Assembly: GCF_963676685.1 (NCBI RefSeq)
Contig: NC_092355.1
Span: 18,042,001-18,106,000 of the forward strand
Direction of reading: 5' to 3'
DNA from: Mytilus edulis
Lineage: Eukaryota
DNA: 64,000 nt
The notes beneath the pieces are model-generated. The model was not told the DNA's origin. It did not search any database and was given only the letters and a program-made list of their open reading frames with translations. This document shows, in pieces, positions 1 through 13,790 of this stretch. Each line of letters starts with the position of its first letter. Positions within the stretch are counted from its first letter, which is position 1. The position numbers and the translations under genes are program-made.

Positions 1-804
1 AAGTGACACACCTCTTTCTAGTAATTTTAATGTTGTTCCACTGGCAAGTTTAATTATAATGATAGCTTTAAAAGGTTATGCAATTTGAAAATTTTGCTAA
101 TTTTAGTTTTTTTCCCATGAATTGTTTTACTAATTTTAGTGTTTTTTTTCCATAGATTGATTCTACAATGTGAGATTTAAAAGGAAAAAAAGATATTTTC
201 ACAACAAAGATTACATTTGTCAATGTTACAAATTTTAATTTTTACCAAATTTTTATTCTTCAATGTCAGATTTAAAAATTAAATAAAGTATTCTCACATT
301 AAAGTTTATGCTTAAATAACTTCATTTTATCTGTCAACTGACACTTAGAAATTGAATTTAGATAGTATAAAAACAAGGTCTCTGATCATTTAACACTTTT
401 ATGGTATTCAATAAAGTTTTAAAATTTGAACAAGTCTAGTTGTTTATTAAATTAAATTGTTTGACTAGAAATACAACCTCACCTTACAAGATTTAAATTA
501 ATTCAAGTCCAATGTTGTCAAAGTAAATCGTTTTCAAAAGGAAAGGACTATTTCTAATTGACATGCGATACAATTGCAGTTTTCAATTAAATCTGACCCT
601 GGACATACATTAAGGACCTTATAAGTAGGAAATTTACACACAAAGATTTTAAAGATTTTGATTTTTCAAAAGTAAAGAATGTTGGCTTAGCTGTTACTTT
701 TGTTTGAAGTATTTGTTAAAGTATTGCTAATACATGTTTATAGATACCGTTAGACCAATAAGTATTTAAGAATTATTGTTGTGTCATTCCTGTTACAAAA
801 ATGT

Positions 805-1110
805 TTTTATGTCCCATTTTGGGGCATTTCATTTTTGTTGGTCTGTGCATCTGTTTGGTCTTCCATCCATCAATTCATCTGTCCATCTGTCAGAGTCCTA
901 CTTCAAGTTTTTGGTCAAGTAAGTTTTAATGAAGTTGAAGTCCAATCAACTAGAAACGTAGAACACATGTTCCCTATGTGATGACCTTATACTTTTAATG
1001 CAAAATTAGAGATTTGACTCAAATTATGGTCCACTGAACATTGAAAAAATGATAGTGGGAGTTTGGCTTCCATGTACTATGTAATAGACACTATAGAAAC
1101 ATTCCTGTTT
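805..1110. mobile_element. Degenerate non-autonomous Helentron/DINE-1-like element
   Basis: T-run start, decayed (GTCC/ATCC) microsatellite, end resembling acattc(c/t)tgtt. Confidence 0.5.
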
Positions 1111-2348
1111 TTAAAAGATTTTAAATTGGTATTATTGTTGTCAATGTTTTGGTACTGTATATAGACAAGACCTAATTAATGACGTAGAAGTTAACAAGTA
1201 TACTACCTTCAACAATGAGCAAAAAGATATTAAATAGGCCTCAAAATGAGAAAAAATGTCTTCAAAAGAGGAGCGAATGTTACCAAAGGGACATTCAAAC
1301 TCATAGATTGAAAACTGACAAAGCCATCTTTAATAGATGAGGAAATTAATTCTGATTGTACTTTTGGATATATTAATATAATCTCCTGGGTTTCTACTAT
1401 TTTGTCCTTCACTTTGTATCCAGTCAATAATCTCCTGGGTGTCCTCCATTTTGTCCTTGACTATGTAAATCAATGACCACATCTTTATTTAATTAGTGTC
1501 CAGACATATTAGGATTAATGTTCATTGATTATATGTTATCCTAATTGTTTATTACCATCAATGGCCATCAGCGAATTATACAATATTTGTCAGGTATGTC
1601 AAATTACAGCTGAACGTGTTAAGCCAAAGTCGATTGTTAATTTGAAGCCAATTTTCTTCCAAGATTAATAGGATCCCGCAGACGATGTTAATAGGTTGTG
1701 TAAAGTTACCTGGGTTTTTATTGATTTTTTCCCCTCAAGACACGGTTTAACCATCATGATACCCGTATTGTTTCTCGGTTAATGGTTGGCTAAGCTTCCT
1801 GTTTGTTTTCCAAAACTTCATTAAACGTTTTATTATATTTGTTCGTGGTGCAGAAAAGTTTTATGATTTCATGAAGTTGTAAAGGCGTAAGAGTTTTATT
1901 TTCTGCACAATTAAGAAATTCTTGGAATTTTATTCCAACCTGGTTATTAACTGTTTTCATTGATGAAACTGATATAGAAATGAAACATATCAACTTTAAA
2001 GAGAAACAGAGTTTATTGGGTTTTTTATGAGTATTGACAGGAGATAGTACTACAGCAGTCATTTGGTTTTATTTGATGTTAAAAAAAACATTAACATCCA
2101 TTGATGACGATAAAAAAAGAAGGTTTGAGATCGCTGAAATTAAACTGTTCAACACTCAGAGGTCAGGTTCAATTAGTTTAGAGCTGGGCATATTGTATGA
2201 AATTTAATTGTCTGTTATTGGAATTTTAAGTTTACCTCTATGTGTTTTTGTTCTTGGATAACTGTCTCAGAGGTGAATTATTTTGAACACTCACTTTCAT
2301 TCATAATGTTGCCAAAATGTTGGTGATGGTTGCTTTGTTCAGTTTTAA

Positions 2349-2622
2349 GGTGGTACCCAACACATTCACTATAATTTATTTGGCTCGTTTAATTTTCATA
2401 AAATTTTGACAAATGATTTACTTTGACCCTATGACAAAAATATAAAAATTTCCAAAAATCTGAACCAACCATTTTATGAAAAAAAATTACACTGGTTACA
2501 TAGCTGTTTGACAGACACTAATTTTGATCATTGAGAAGCTTAATTTTCCCTTAACAACACAACGTAATCAAAACGTTAAGCTGATTTTACAGAGTTATCT
2601 CCCTGTAGTGTTAGGTACCACC
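2349..2622 (-). mobile_element. TTAA-flanked MITE (Kolobok-like), copy 1, reverse orientation
   Basis: TIR GGTGGTACC(C/T)AACAC, TTAA on both sides, reverse complement of 4844-5116. Confidence 0.85.
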
Positions 2623-3374
2623 TTAAGTTATCTTTCTAGTGTTTTGTGGACAGGTGAATGTCTTTTTCATGGTGTTTCCTTCATCTTTTTGTGGTCATGG
2701 TATTTTCTTTGTTTTTCTATGACTGCCAATGAGTTAATCATAACTTGTAAATTCTGATGTCAATTAAAATTGTTTCTTGAAAGTATATATAAAGTTAAAC
2801 TTGGGAGTCGTCTGAATGGTTTGTTCAATATTCTAACTTAAACCCAGATATCATACCATTATAGCAATACTTGACAATAAGACAGACAAGACAGCTTGAG
2901 TGGAAATCTATATATGTTTTAAAAAATTTAATTTAAAACCTCAAGAACAATTTTAACATTGATCCTGTGTATGTTTCCATTATAAGAACAGCGTGTATGT
3001 TGAGATTAGAATTTGTTATGACATTTATAGGTATTGATCATTTCATAATTCCAACTACTCGGCTCGTCGATCAATCTTCCTTAATACACTTAATTCTTTG
3101 ACTGCAATGTTGACATCAATGTATTATCTTACTCATATATTGAATAGGTCAATTTACATTGTGTAAAAAATCTTATTTCCTAAAAACGATATAAAAAACG
3201 ATAAAAATGTACTAGATAACATGTGTATTCTATAATACAACCTTGAATATACTCAATCGAAAAAAAACTCAAGTTAACGTCTTTTGTGCTAGGTTTTAAG
3301 GATGTAGGTAATTATTTCATGCATCGAAGTAGCATTCTGTTTATATAGTAGAAGGGACACAAAAGATGGTTACT

Positions 3375-4404
3375 CTGTTAGCTAACTTCTTAAAAGCTTT
3401 ATATTTTAGAAGGTGGAAGACCTGGATGCTTCATACTTTGTATATAGATGTCTCATGTTACGAAGTTTCAGTCACTCACCTGTCCAATGTCCTTGACCTC
3501 ATTTTCATGGTTCAGTGACCACTTGAAAAAAAAAGTTCAGATTTTTTGTAATGTTGAATTCTCTCTTATTATAAGTAATAGGATAACTATATTTGATATG
3601 TGCGTACCTTGAAAGGTCCTCATGTCTGTCAGACAGTTTTCACTTGACCTCGACCTCATTTCATGGATCAGTGAACAAGGTTAAGTTTTGGTGGTCAAGT
3701 CCATATCTCAGATACTACAAGCAATAGGGCTAGTATATTCGGTGTATGGAAGGACTGTAAGGTGTACATGTCCAACTGGCAGGTGTCATCTGACCTTGAC
3801 CTCATTTTCATGGTTCAGTGGTTATAGTTAAATTTTTGTGTTTTGGTCTGTTTTTCTCATACTATATGCAATAGGTCTACTATATTTGTTGTATGGAATG
3901 ATTGTAAGGTGTACCTATCTAGCGGGCAGATGTCATGTGACCTTGACCTCATTTTCATGGTTCAGTGGTCAAAGTTAAGTTTTTGAGTTTTGGTCTTTTT
4001 ATCTAATACAATGTACTATATGCCATAGGTCATCTATATTTGGTGTATGGAAATATTATATGATCTTTATGTTAGTCACGCAGGTTTTATTTGACCGTGG
4101 CCTCAATTTCACGGTTCATTGCACAGTGTTAAGTTTTTGTGTTTTGGTCTATTTTTCTTAAACTATAAGTAATAGGTCAACTATATATGTTGTATAGAAG
4201 CATTGTTAGATGTACATGTCTGCCTGGCATGGTTCATCTGACCTTGACCTCATTTTCAAGGTTCATTGGTCTTTGTTTAGGTATCTTGGTTAATGTTAAG
4301 TTTATGTGACAGTTGTATTAAAGCTTAGCTTTATACTTAGGACTATCAACATAATATCAATGATTAGTATAGAAGGCGAGACATTTCAGCGTGTGCACTC
4401 TTGT
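3375..4404. mobile_element. Helentron-like element with internal ~160-bp satellite-like units, apparently truncated at the left end
   Basis: Recurrent tgaccttgacctcattttcatggttcagtg. Terminus ggcgagacatttcagcgtgtgcactcttgt. Confidence 0.7.
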
Positions 4405-4843
4405 ATGTATACTCAAATGATAAATATGTATACAATCCATATTAAAAAATTGAGCGCAAACTTGTTCGGAAAATAATAATTGAATGATGTGGAAAATTTA
4501 AACTATTTATTCCATACCAGCAATAACTGGTTTGTTAAAACCTTGTAACCTGTAAGTATTAATCCATCTGAATTGTCACAAACTACCTCCAACATTGGCA
4601 CATGTTCAAAGTATTGTAATCAGATTAGCCGTTACAAATTTGTCTTTAATGTAATACACCTTACCTTCATTAAAGTCCATTAAAACTATGTATTAATTAA
4701 TTGTTAAAACAATTATTAATCTGATGCAAAAAACATTTAGGAGTATCCATTACTGTTTGTGAGAAGGGAGCAATCTATAATGTTTTGAATTATTGAAAAT
4801 GAATTTAACTTTCTCATTTGAAAGTGTTTGCATGTTTTTTTAA

Positions 4844-5116
4844 GGTGGTACCTAACACTACAGGGAGATAACTCTGTAAAATCAGCTAAATGTTTTAATT
4901 ACGTTGTGCTGTTGAGGGAATATTAAGCTTCTCAATGATCAAAATTAGTGTTTGTCAAACTGCTATATAACCAGTGTAATATTTCTGATAAATTGGTTGG
5001 TTCAAATTTTTTGAAATTTTTATATTTTTGTTAAAGGGTCAAAGTAAATACTTTGTCAAAATTTCATGAAAATTAAACAAGCCAAATTAATTTTAGTGAA
5101 AGTGTTGGGTACCACC
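4844..5116 (+). mobile_element. TTAA-flanked MITE (Kolobok-like), copy 2
   Basis: Same TIR and TTAA target duplication. GG...CC termini argue against piggyBac. Confidence 0.85.
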
Positions 5117-5246
5117 TTAAGTATATTCTATGAAGATTCTTGAACCAAACTAACTGTCTCTAGAGAAACAAAAACTGTAGACAATATGATTGTACAGAAA
5201 TGCAAATAGAATGTAACTTAAATAAAAAAAAATATATATAGATCAT

Positions 5247-5432
5247 AGACCGTTGGTTTTCCCGTTTGAATGGTTTTACACTAGTAATTTTTGGGGCCCT
5301 TTATAGCTTGCTGTTTGGTGTGAGTCAAGGCTCCGTGTTGAAGGCCATACCTTGACCTATAATGGTTTACTTTTATAAATTGTTATTTGGATGGAGAGTT
5401 GTCTCATTGGCACTCAAACCACATCTTCCTAT
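5247..5432. mobile_element. High-copy SINE-like interspersed repeat fragment
   Basis: Shared motif gagagttgtctcattggca...ccacatctt. Related copies at ~8480-8622, 24884-25117 and 42375-42571, and inverted at 21309-21565, 59394-59487 and 59780-59925. Confidence 0.7.
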
Positions 5433-5649
5433 ACCTATTGATCAACCATCCTTCTGTCTTTCTGTCCGTCCTATTTTATTTTAACAACAAGCTTGAGTGG
5501 GGGCCTATGTCACCGTCCTCATGCAGTGAATACACAGTATTCAAACTGACATAACTTTTGTTACTCTATTTTGCTGAAGATCATTATATGTACAAGCACA
5601 CAATGTTTGTCTTACTTTGGCTTAATTTTTCTTCCTTTTTATTTTTCAG

Positions 5650-5732
5650 CTTATACCAGCACACCACAATAAACATTTAGAGAATGTTACTGGCAAAATA
5701 TCCCAAATTCCAACTCAGGGTAAAGCAATCGA
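5650..5732 (+). CDS. DCDC2: DCDC2-like exon: inter-DCX linker (LIPAHHNKHLENVTGKISQIPTQGKAI), phase 0 to 2; gene is 5'-partial in this window
   Basis: Polypyrimidine ttttcag acceptor and GA|gtatgt donor. Only one frame is open. It joins in frame to either 135-nt exon, and the peptide resembles the DCDC2 linker preceding the second DCX domain (recalled, not aligned). Confidence 0.8.
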
Positions 5733-6183
5733 GTATGTATATTTAACTTTGGATAAATTATTAACCAAAGCTGGTTTGTATTCAGTTCTATTTCATAGCA
5801 TGTATAGTTGTCTAGGAGTTATTGTCTATTGGTTACATGTATGTACCATGTTAATAAATTTTAATAGTACATGCATGCAATGTTAATTAATTTAAAATGT
5901 TCTTAATTAATTAATCTATGAATGTTTAATGTAGAACAGAACTTCTTCAGAATCCATTTCTACTTCATTAAATAATTAGCACTCCATAAATAATTATTCT
6001 GTTCAGAAATTATGTTATATCATTGTTTCTTGTTATGGCATGTAAGCAAGAAGTTTGGATACTCTTAGCAACCATCCACTGCCAAGATTTTCTCAAGAGT
6101 TCAAAATTTGTATTTAAAACATCAAATCCAGTATTTTTATTGGTTGAATTCTGAACACAAGACATTTAGATTAAGCAATATCC

Positions 6184-6766
6184 AAAGGAGTAGGTTCAGT
6201 AAGACCCCTTTTTGGCCCCAAAATATAGCAGTTTTACCAAATTTTGAAAATGTAATCGTTTAGCTTTTTATTGGAAAGTAGAATGCTTCTGCTACATGAA
6301 TATGGACTGTTTTTGACAATACAGTTCACATATATCGGGTACTAGCATCATGAAGTCATGCTAAATTACTGAAATCTTCAGAATTTTAGCAGTTTAGTTA
6401 GATTTTAGGCAGTTTCCATCTTAAATGAATGTGACTGCATTCCTGTTCATTCATAAATTGAAATGTTAGTTGTATTTGATGATAATACATAACATATATA
6501 AAGGTTGAGTATGAACACGAATGCGGCCACTTTCATTTTTGACAAAAACCATCTGGAAAGTGACGTTTTTTGGCATATTTGATAGATTTTTCATATTTAA
6601 GCTTGAATCGGAGCGTATTTAATGACTAAATCAGTTAAAATCTATCACATAAACTAATCAAATCAATTGAAATAGACACTTAAGTGTTTAAAAAGTGTCT
6701 TAAATCTTTCGTTAAATGAACCTGAAATTTGAGGCCAAAATCGGCCCTTACTGGACCTACTCCTTT
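6184..6766. mobile_element. Non-autonomous DNA transposon (~580 bp) with terminal inverted repeats
   Basis: aaaggagtaggttcagtaagaccc...ggcccttactggacctactccttt. Confidence 0.75.
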
Positions 6767-7814
6767 TAATGATCCTTAGGCATTTTATTTTTTTGGAAGG
6801 GGGAAGGGCCAAACTATTTGTTTATTAGTATTAAGAATATAAGTCTGATACTTTGCCTATGAAATTACTAGCCAACCGTGGGAGGACTGTTTAGCCAGTC
6901 AAGGTCGTTAAAAATGACCTACTTTCAAAATGTGTTTTTGATGAATAACTATGCAAGAAATAATTCTGAATTTTAAAAAACTGCCTCTGTTTTAACCAAA
7001 TATTTGCAGGTCACAAACCTTACTTAGTTTATTGTCCTAACCCAATATTCTTTTCTAATGATTTACACAGCAGGGTCTTAATTTTATCAAAAACAAATTC
7101 CTTAAGTCCCACATAAGATTCTCCAGAAATCTTTAAGTATACATACTTGTATGGATTTTTAGATTATACCTCTTGTTTCTGATGGTATAATGATGGCATT
7201 TCAACATGTAATTTATGTTATCGTCTTGACAACTGAGTTTGTATTTACAACACTCATATTTGTACAAAAGAACATGACATTTTTATATCATTAAAAAATG
7301 TATTGGTTTGATATTTCTAAAATCAGAGAGACTCAAGGTCCAAAACAATTGTTAAAGTTATATGACGGAGAGATTACGGATCAAAAGTGGATGTTTAGAA
7401 TTTAAAAATATGATAAGGCAAAAGTTTTCTAAAAGTTTACTAAACTTTTAAGTTGGATCAAAATATTTGTAACTCATGCCACTTTGAAGTCATTAAATGT
7501 GTTAATGCATTGCAGATATTTGTCTAAACTTAACCCTTATACGACTGAAAGTTATGTTTATATATATATAACAGTACCAAACATCTTAGATAATAAAATT
7601 TCTATTTTCCTTTCTCGTCCAATAAAAACTGAATGTTATGAAATAGCCAATATTTTGCTGAAAGTAACCTGAAATTGTGGTAGTAATATTTTAAAGGTAA
7701 ACCATGGTAATTGAATATGTTTTCAATAGTTAGAAAAATTATAAAATTTGAGTCACTAAATAGAATTTCCTGTTCATATTCAAACATATATTTATATATG
7801 AAGTTTAGTATGAG

Positions 7815-7975
7815 GTCCATTATTACTGAACTAGTACAAATTTTAGTTTAGGGGCCAGCTGAAGCACACCTCTGGGTTAGGGATTTTTCACGCTGTATGA
7901 AAGATTGATTAGTGGCCATCGGCTGTTTTCTGCTCTTTGGTTAGATGTTGTCTCTTTGACACGTTCTCAATTTTA
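7815..7975. mobile_element. Second SINE-like repeat family fragment (also at 14750-14830 and 42665-42740)
   Basis: Shared gtggcc(t/a)tcggctgtt...tttgacac...ttctcaatt. Confidence 0.6.
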
Positions 7976-9417
7976 AAACATAAAGTTCAAATTTTTTCAA
8001 TTCCTGAAACATTTAATATTTCAATACACTTTCACAAGCTAAGAGGGTAGTTGACATAAAACATATTAAACTTAAATTTCTAATGATCTTATCTATATTT
8101 TTTAAAAGAATTTTGAAGTGTTTTCGAAACTATTCATTGATAGATATACACGTATTTGGAAATTTCAAGTTTTTACATTTGTTTTTCATTAAGTTTTGAA
8201 TCCAAACTTCTTAAGGCCTGTCATCTATTTATTTAAAGTTCGCTGTTCTTTATTAGTATTTTGATGTGCGATGTTTGCTCTCTCAAAAGTTCAATGAAAG
8301 TGTCCCTCTACAAAATGATTTATGAGTGTTTATGAAAGTAATGCTTTTCATATTTATGTCACTAACGACTTTTCTCTTTTACAATTTGTCTCTATAGTTA
8401 GTGTAAACCAATGATATAAATAATTTTTGTATAATCTTATGTAAAGACATGAAAAATTCAATTATTAATCAAAAAGACTTTTTGGGCCTTTATAAATTGC
8501 TTTTGGTTTGAGCCAAGGCTCCGTTATAAAAACCTCACTTTGACGTATAATGGTTCACTTTTACATATTGTGACTAGGATTGAGAGTTGTCTCATTGGCA
8601 CTCATACCACATTTTCTTATATCCATTAGAAAATTTCATTTCTTTTTTTTTCTTTTTTTAATTTGTCTAAATTTTCTCATGATTGTGGTAGATATATTGT
8701 TAATATAAGACGGAAAAATACAGAATGCAACTAATCTTAAAAATCTATGACGATAAATCATAATTCTGTTACCATGGTTACCTTACAAAATAGGCAATTT
8801 TGTAACCTCAAATTCTCTTTGGATATTTTTTGTTATCCCATTTAATCATCAGGCTCCATTTCCTTGTAAGTGTCTCTATTTCATAGCTGATTTGTTTTTT
8901 TAGGGAGTTAAATAAAATGCAATTGATATTCAAATTTTAAATATTAAAAACGCGTACATTTTCATTTATTCAAGTTTTATTTTCTAAACATATTTCATTT
9001 GTAGTATATTTTATGTTTTAATATAAGCTATCATTCAGTTGTTTTGTCAATGCTTAACCTCATTTTTCAGCTTTCTATATATTTTATACGTTTGTTTGCC
9101 TAGTTTATCATACATATATGCTTTATTTTATCTAACTTATCATTTATTTAGATTTGTTTTCATTTTAGAAGCTAGCTAGCTAAAGCATCATTACAGATTT
9201 TTAGATGCAGCGTAATGGACCATTATAACATTTGTTCAAAAAGAATATTTCACACTGATTGGGTTAAATCATAAATTTTAAAAATTTATCAAAAGATTGC
9301 AAAATTTAATAAAATGTTTGAAGAGGTTTTGGAGCTTTATTCATCCTTTTGAGTCACCATGATGCTTGCATTTGGATATTGTCTTTTCAACACCTTCCAA
9401 ATGTTTTACTTACGTTA

Positions 9418-9742
9418 TGCTGAGTTCACACGTAATTCGAATTCGATTAGCATTTACTAATTTGAATTAGTTTAATTCACATTCGAAATGTTTTACATCC
9501 TAACATCAATTCTAATTCGAATTGCAATGCACGTCGAATTCGTTTAACTGTCTAAACGTCATTAACTTTTAATTCGTATTTACAAAAGCGTATTTCTAAT
9601 TCGAATTGAATAATTCAAATTAGCCAATTCGAATCAATTCGAATTGAAAAGAAGAGTGTGTGAACGCGCTTATATATATAGCTAACTAAATTCGCATTCG
9701 ATTGGAATTAAATTCGAATTTAATGTACATGTGAACGAGGCA
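9418..9742 (+). mobile_element. TWA-flanked MITE (PIF/Harbinger-like), rich in AATTCGAATT
   Basis: TIR tgcngngttcacacgta, TTA/TAA flanks, inverted copy at 16760-17077. Confidence 0.8.
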
Positions 9743-9835
9743 TAAATTTCAATTTGACCCTTCTAAAACTTCACCCACTTAAGTCTAGGTCCTTTATGAC
9801 AAGATGCTTAATGTTCCTTTCATCTTCTGAATTAC

Positions 9836-10031
9836 TGTGGATTCATTTATTTTCGTGGGTATCAATTTTCGTGGATTGCTGAAATCTTGCATATTTGTGG
9901 ATAGTTGATTTCGTGGTTTTGACAATCTCTTCATACAAAGCCTATTGATATATGTGTTTCGTTGAACATTTGATTTTGTGGTTCACCTGTACCCACGAAA
10001 CCCACGAAAATTGGTATCCAACGAATAATAA

Positions 10032-10066
<35 letters not shown>

Positions 10067-10190
10067 TCTTTATTTAAAGAGGGTTACACAGTTAGCTGTA
10101 AAGCTAATCTTCCCTGAGGCCCTCATAAAATACAATGAAATATAACAAACAATTACGAAATATCAAACAGACACACATACATGAATCAGT
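9836..10190. mobile_element. TA-flanked MITE (Tc1/mariner-like) interrupted by an (AAT)n-tailed insertion
   Basis: Matches the intact copy at 17721-17929 up to acgaataataatgaat, then (AAT)n plus unrelated sequence, then an atgaatcagta remnant. Confidence 0.65.
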
Positions 10191-11359
10191 ATTACACTTG
10201 TGATTTTTAATTTATTAAAAAAACAAATGTTTGATTGGTTGGAAAAAGGACAGGGGATGTGGATTTTCTTTGAAATGCTAAAAATATGCAAAGAAAATTC
10301 AATGGGTGGAAGTGATTTTTTCGAAATTCTGCCAAAGGATGAGTCATGATAACTTTATTGAGGGTTTTGTTTTCTTTAAAAAAGACTCAAAAAGAATTAG
10401 CATTTAAGATTAAGTAAATGGGTTCGTGGTGGTGGTTTTTTTTCTGCCGAAGAACAAGTAAATTTAGATATTGTAAAGGATGGTGGTTGTTTTTGAAATT
10501 CCGCCTTAGAATGAGTAAAGATAACGTTCAAGGTTGGTAAATATTTTCAAAAGTCTGCCAAAGAATGAGTAAAGGACTTAATTGTTTATTTAAAATTGTA
10601 TGCAACGTTTGAAAAATAAAAGTGTTTTTAAAATCTTTCCCCCTTTTGACCTACCCATACACTAAAACATATCTATAGCCATATTTATAATGGTAGAGAA
10701 TTCAAAGCATTACCTAATTTGAGGATTTATAATAAAGTGCAGATCATTAAAAGAAGCTCAATCATTAAACTATTTACTAGATTCAGTGTAATATAATTAA
10801 AGCTTGACCTCTATTAAATATCTTTCTATAAAATTGGCACAGATTTAATGAAAGAGTCAAGTTGGGGTTATGTATACATAAGTAGAACAAATATTCAGTG
10901 TGAAATACTCTTTGAAATATTTAATAATAGATGATCAATACCCAGCAAAACATATGGTTATAGTATCATTAATTAGTAATGTTTTTATATCATTTTAGAT
11001 CTTTCACTATTTAAAAGCCAAAGGATTTTAATATAAATAGTAAAAAATTCAATTAAAATTTTATTATTAATTTTACTACCATATTGTTTCAAGGCCATGA
11101 ATACGTACATGTTTACTAATCCTTCTTCTTTTAAAACTATTTTTCCATGTCATGATTTTGGTTACTAAGTTTGACCTTGTAATGTCAAATGTTTCTTGTT
11201 GCTGTTGATCAGTTACAAACATTAAAATTTGTCTTTCCTGAGGCTATATCCAAGATGAACCCAAAATCCTGTTCCTGAAATCCCAATGGACCTTCCAAGA
11301 AGCTACATCATGTTACTTTAAGGGAACATGGTTAGACTGTATGATGTTGGTGTGAATAG

Positions 11360-11610
11360 ATGCCCAGTGGCATCAGACCTACAGCAATGAATTTTACTGT
11401 GAGGGGGGAGTGGCATCAGGCCCATAGCAAGGAATTTTACTGTGTGGTGGAAATGCCTAGTGACATCAAACTTACAGCAAGGAATTGTCTGTTAGGGGGG
11501 AAATGCCCAGTGGCATCAGACTCGTAGGAAGGAATTTTACAGTGAGGGGGAAAATGCCCAGTGGCATCAGACCAATTAGCAATTGAATTGTCTGTGAGGG
11601 GAGAAAATGC
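11360..11610. repeat. Minisatellite, ~57-bp unit
   Basis: atgcccagtggcatcagac...gcaaggaattttactgtgagggggg repeated 4-5 times. Confidence 0.85.
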
Positions 11611-11801
11611 TCAAACTTCAATCTGAATCTCAGCTTAATCAGTCTTAAATAGTGTTTTTGTATTCATGCTGTGTGTGCGTGTGGGGGTAGGGGGGATTAT
11701 TCAAACACCCTTCTTATCTGGTATATCTCGGGAACTCTTTTTTTCCACTGGGAGTGACCTTAGACCCAAGAATGGAATCATGCTAACAACTGATAATATA
11801 A

Positions 11802-12144
11802 GTTATATGGTTCGCTACTGACCCCATACGAATCCATAGAGGGTTAGTAAAATCCATAGGGGGTTAGGCCGGAGGCCGAGTCCCCTATGAATTTTATTCA
11901 CCCTCTATGGATCCGTAGGGGGTCAGTAGTTAACCGTATAACGAATTTATCGGACGCTGGACTTTTTCTGCGGCATTTTGTTGAAAAATAAACAATGAAA
12001 CACAACAACATTAATAGATGACGTCGCCATTAACGCGTCATGAACCCCATATGAAACTTACTAACCCCATACGGTCTCATAGGGGGTCACCACGTGACGG
12101 CATTTAACCAATCACAACGTGATAATTCATCTGAGGTCCGATAA
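11802..12144. mobile_element. Double-inverted-repeat element (long hairpin plus second IR pair), possibly a non-autonomous Crypton-like element
   Basis: ~62-bp arms at 11802-11863 and 11881-11942 around ttaggccggaggccgag. Second pair ttatcggac (11947) / gtccgataa (12136). Confidence 0.55.
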
Positions 12145-13689
12145 GACATAATTTTCCATCCAAAAGGTCAAATAAGACCCAGCAATGGACTTTTTTTGAA
12201 TTTTCATATTTTTCATTTATTTTTACATTACCTGTTGAAATATCACCACTTTAAGGAAACAAATAACATTAGATTTCATTAGTTTCATTAGTTAGCAAAT
12301 TATATGATTTTATCATTTGATTACACTCATATATTTTAGACAAAATAGAAGTTTTAAGGGGAAGGAATAAATCATTTTGAAAAATCTTCTTACCTTTTTT
12401 ACTTCTAAGAATCACCAAAAGGATACTACTTTTTCAATTGTTTGATATAAGATTCAATTCATTAAACTGAGTTAACAATAAGCATTTAAAAAATATTGTA
12501 ACTTTACCAACTTCTAACATTTTTTGGTCAGGAAAATAACAAATATAACAAACGTTACAACGAAAAGCTTGTTGTGCAAGAACTCATTTATTAATTCAGC
12601 TAAATATCATGTGTTTATCATTGCTATAGGAAATAGAATAGTTCTTATATAGTAGGAACTAATTTACAGAAAATGGTTTCAGTAATCTCGAATTTGACTA
12701 ATAATTATAGCTTGATAGAAGTTATTTCCCTTGATGGCAACAAGGTTTTGTGTAGTAAGTATCTTGCTACACAAATCCTTGATGTCAACTACTGCTAAGT
12801 TCCCTTCAATAAAGAGAAATGCCAAGAAGTATATTTATTGCAATTAGTATTCAAATATTTTCATATTTATAATCAAATCTAGCAGAAGTATACTCTGGTA
12901 TTTACTTTAGTGAAAAAAAATCATATAATCACCTGTTTTTTCTTGAAAATGAATAGGGAAATATGCCTTTTACCATTGCTCATTTTTGAAGGAATAAGCC
13001 ATTGCTATTTCTCATGAAGGGCAATAAATTATGTCAATTTATAATATAAGAGCAATTGTCAGGCTCTGAAATTGCTTTCTCTAGAAATCTAAGATTTGTA
13101 GAAATTAAAGCTTATAATAGATTGATATTTTAATTAACTAATTAAATAAAACGAATGGTATGATAAATAGTTCTGCATAACATTCATACATTACAAGAAC
13201 ATTCAAATCTATTTTATTTGGCATTTTGCATGTAGCATGAAAACATTTCTTTGGATAGTTAGATATGCCATTAATTGCATGTTATTTTAAATGCATGTTA
13301 TTAAATATTATTGCATGTTATTTGCATGTCTTATTTATTAAATTACAGGAATATACAGTGAAATTTTGTTAAACAATTTATTGAAACAAAAAAATAGTTA
13401 GTTTATCAGGCAATTGAATTTATAAATAATGATATATTGATGAAGATAAAGATACACAAATAAAGATATAGATATATACAAATTATAAAAAAATAGAACA
13501 ATACTTTTAAGAATAAATTAAAAATAAATGTAAAGGAACTTATTATTATAACACTTCTAAACAGTGGCTATTATTGGTTGATGAAAAGTTGAGAGGGTGA
13601 CTGGGGGTCCTGTCCATCTAGTTTGACCCCATGCTTTCTTAGGATTTTGGAAACATTGAAATATCATATAGATTTACAAAAGTGTCCTT

Positions 13690-13790
13690 TTACATTGTGA
13701 AGCCTCAGAGAACTCTTCATTTACAATGTGAAGCCTCAGAGAACTCTTCATTTACAATGTGAAGCCTCAGAGAACTCTCAGAGAACTCTC
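13690..13790. repeat. ~30-bp tandem repeat just upstream of the alternative exons
   Basis: tttacaatgtgaagcctcagagaactcttca x3. Confidence 0.85.

Noticed and set aside
1790-2062. 90-aa minus-strand ORF
   Set aside because: No recognisable domain or splice support. At most a decayed element.
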